64,000 bases of DNA, taken from Candidatus Micrarchaeota archaeon. GTDB lineage: Archaea; Micrarchaeota; Micrarchaeia; Micrarchaeales; CABMGC01. The notes under the pieces are model-generated. The model worked only from the letters and a program-made list of their open reading frames with translations. It searched no databases and was not told the origin of the DNA. Position numbers and translations under genes: made by a program. Below, piece after piece: positions 63,557 through 64,000 of this stretch. The stretch lies in NCBI GenBank assembly GCA_021797995.1, contig JAJZYR010000001.1, forward strand, positions 79,342 to 143,341, read 5' to 3'. The first letter of the stretch is position 1. Each line of letters starts with the position of its first letter.

Positions 63557-64000
63557 ATGCAGATGCCTGATGATTACTACAAGGTATTGGGAGTCCAGAA
63601 GGGCGCCAGTGCTGACGAGATAAAGAAGGCGTACAGGGAGCTTGCGCTGAAGTACCACCCTGACAGAAACCCGGACAAGGAAGCAACAGAGAGGTTTAAG
63701 GAGGTCAACGAGGCTTATGCGGTCCTAAGCGACCCGGAGAAGAGGAGGCAGTACGACGCGTACGGGCCTGCGGGCTTCGGGCAGAAGTACAGCGAGGAGG
63801 AGATCTTCAGGAACTTCGACTTCGAGCAGATCTTCAAGGACATCGGCATAAACTTCGGCTTCGGTTCCGGGGGCCAGCCGTTTGGCAGCTTCTTCGAGCA
63901 GGGAGCCGCGCGGCAGGGCGGGGAGGGGCAGAGCATACTGTACAGGATGGAGCTGCCGCTGGATGAGATTGCCGACGGGGTGCAGAAGGAGATCTCGGTG
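63557..64000 (+). CDS. dnaJ: molecular chaperone DnaJ, N-terminal part (runs off window end)
   Basis: Read by hand: [40 protein letters not shown]...FGFGSGG. This is a J domain followed by a G/F region. Absent from the ORF track because it is unterminated. Confidence 0.85.
   Translation, partial: MQMPDDYYKVLGVQKGASADEIKKAYRELALKYHPDRNPDKEATERFKEVNEAYAVLSDPEKRRQYDAYGPAGFGQKYSEEEIFRNFDFEQIFKDIGINFGFGSGGQPFGSFFEQGAARQGGEGQSILYRMELPLDEIADGVQKEISV

Overview
The window is an archaeal chromosomal segment. Evidence: split RNA polymerase genes rpoH-B''-B'-A'-A'', an Sm protein, a class-I CCA-adding enzyme, an intron-containing tRNA, and TATA boxes about 25-35 nt upstream of many start codons, which suggests leaderless mRNAs. 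Lineage cannot be fixed by eye. A type-III P-type ATPase and charge-poor, sequon-rich surface proteins hint at an acidophile.

GC-rich core content:
- Lysine operon dapA-dapB-lysC-asd-dapL-lysA (minus strand, 1-5727).
- DEAD-box helicase, several transporters and a K+ channel.
- The RNAP operon, then trpS, thrC, cca and NMNAT.
- Carboxynorspermidine dehydrogenase/decarboxylase pair, adenosine deaminase and LemA.
- A 1628-aa Kelch-propeller surface protein.
- A wHTH-grpE-dnaK-dnaJ cluster.

Four visibly AT-richer accessory patches interrupt this core:
1. 18.3-21.7 kb: NPP-like phosphodiesterase, Fic protein, membrane protein, tRNA-Ala(GGC), and a TnpB remnant fused to a truncated Nudix gene.
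2. 36.5-46.6 kb: a mosaic downstream of an intron-containing tRNA-Ala(CGC). It holds three divergent COG1373-type AAA+ ATPases, an AbiE-like pair, an MFS efflux pump, a PadR pair and a methyltransferase.
3. 59.3-60.4 kb: a three-gene operon of unknown function.
4. Smaller fragments.

The most interesting signal is in patch 2. Five co-oriented tRNA-Ala-derived sequences partition the island. Each ATPase gene is trailed by a non-coding module (hairpins, a TATA box, another hairpin) that is far better conserved than the genes themselves. No recombinase gene is present. All similarity statements come from reading and hand alignment only.
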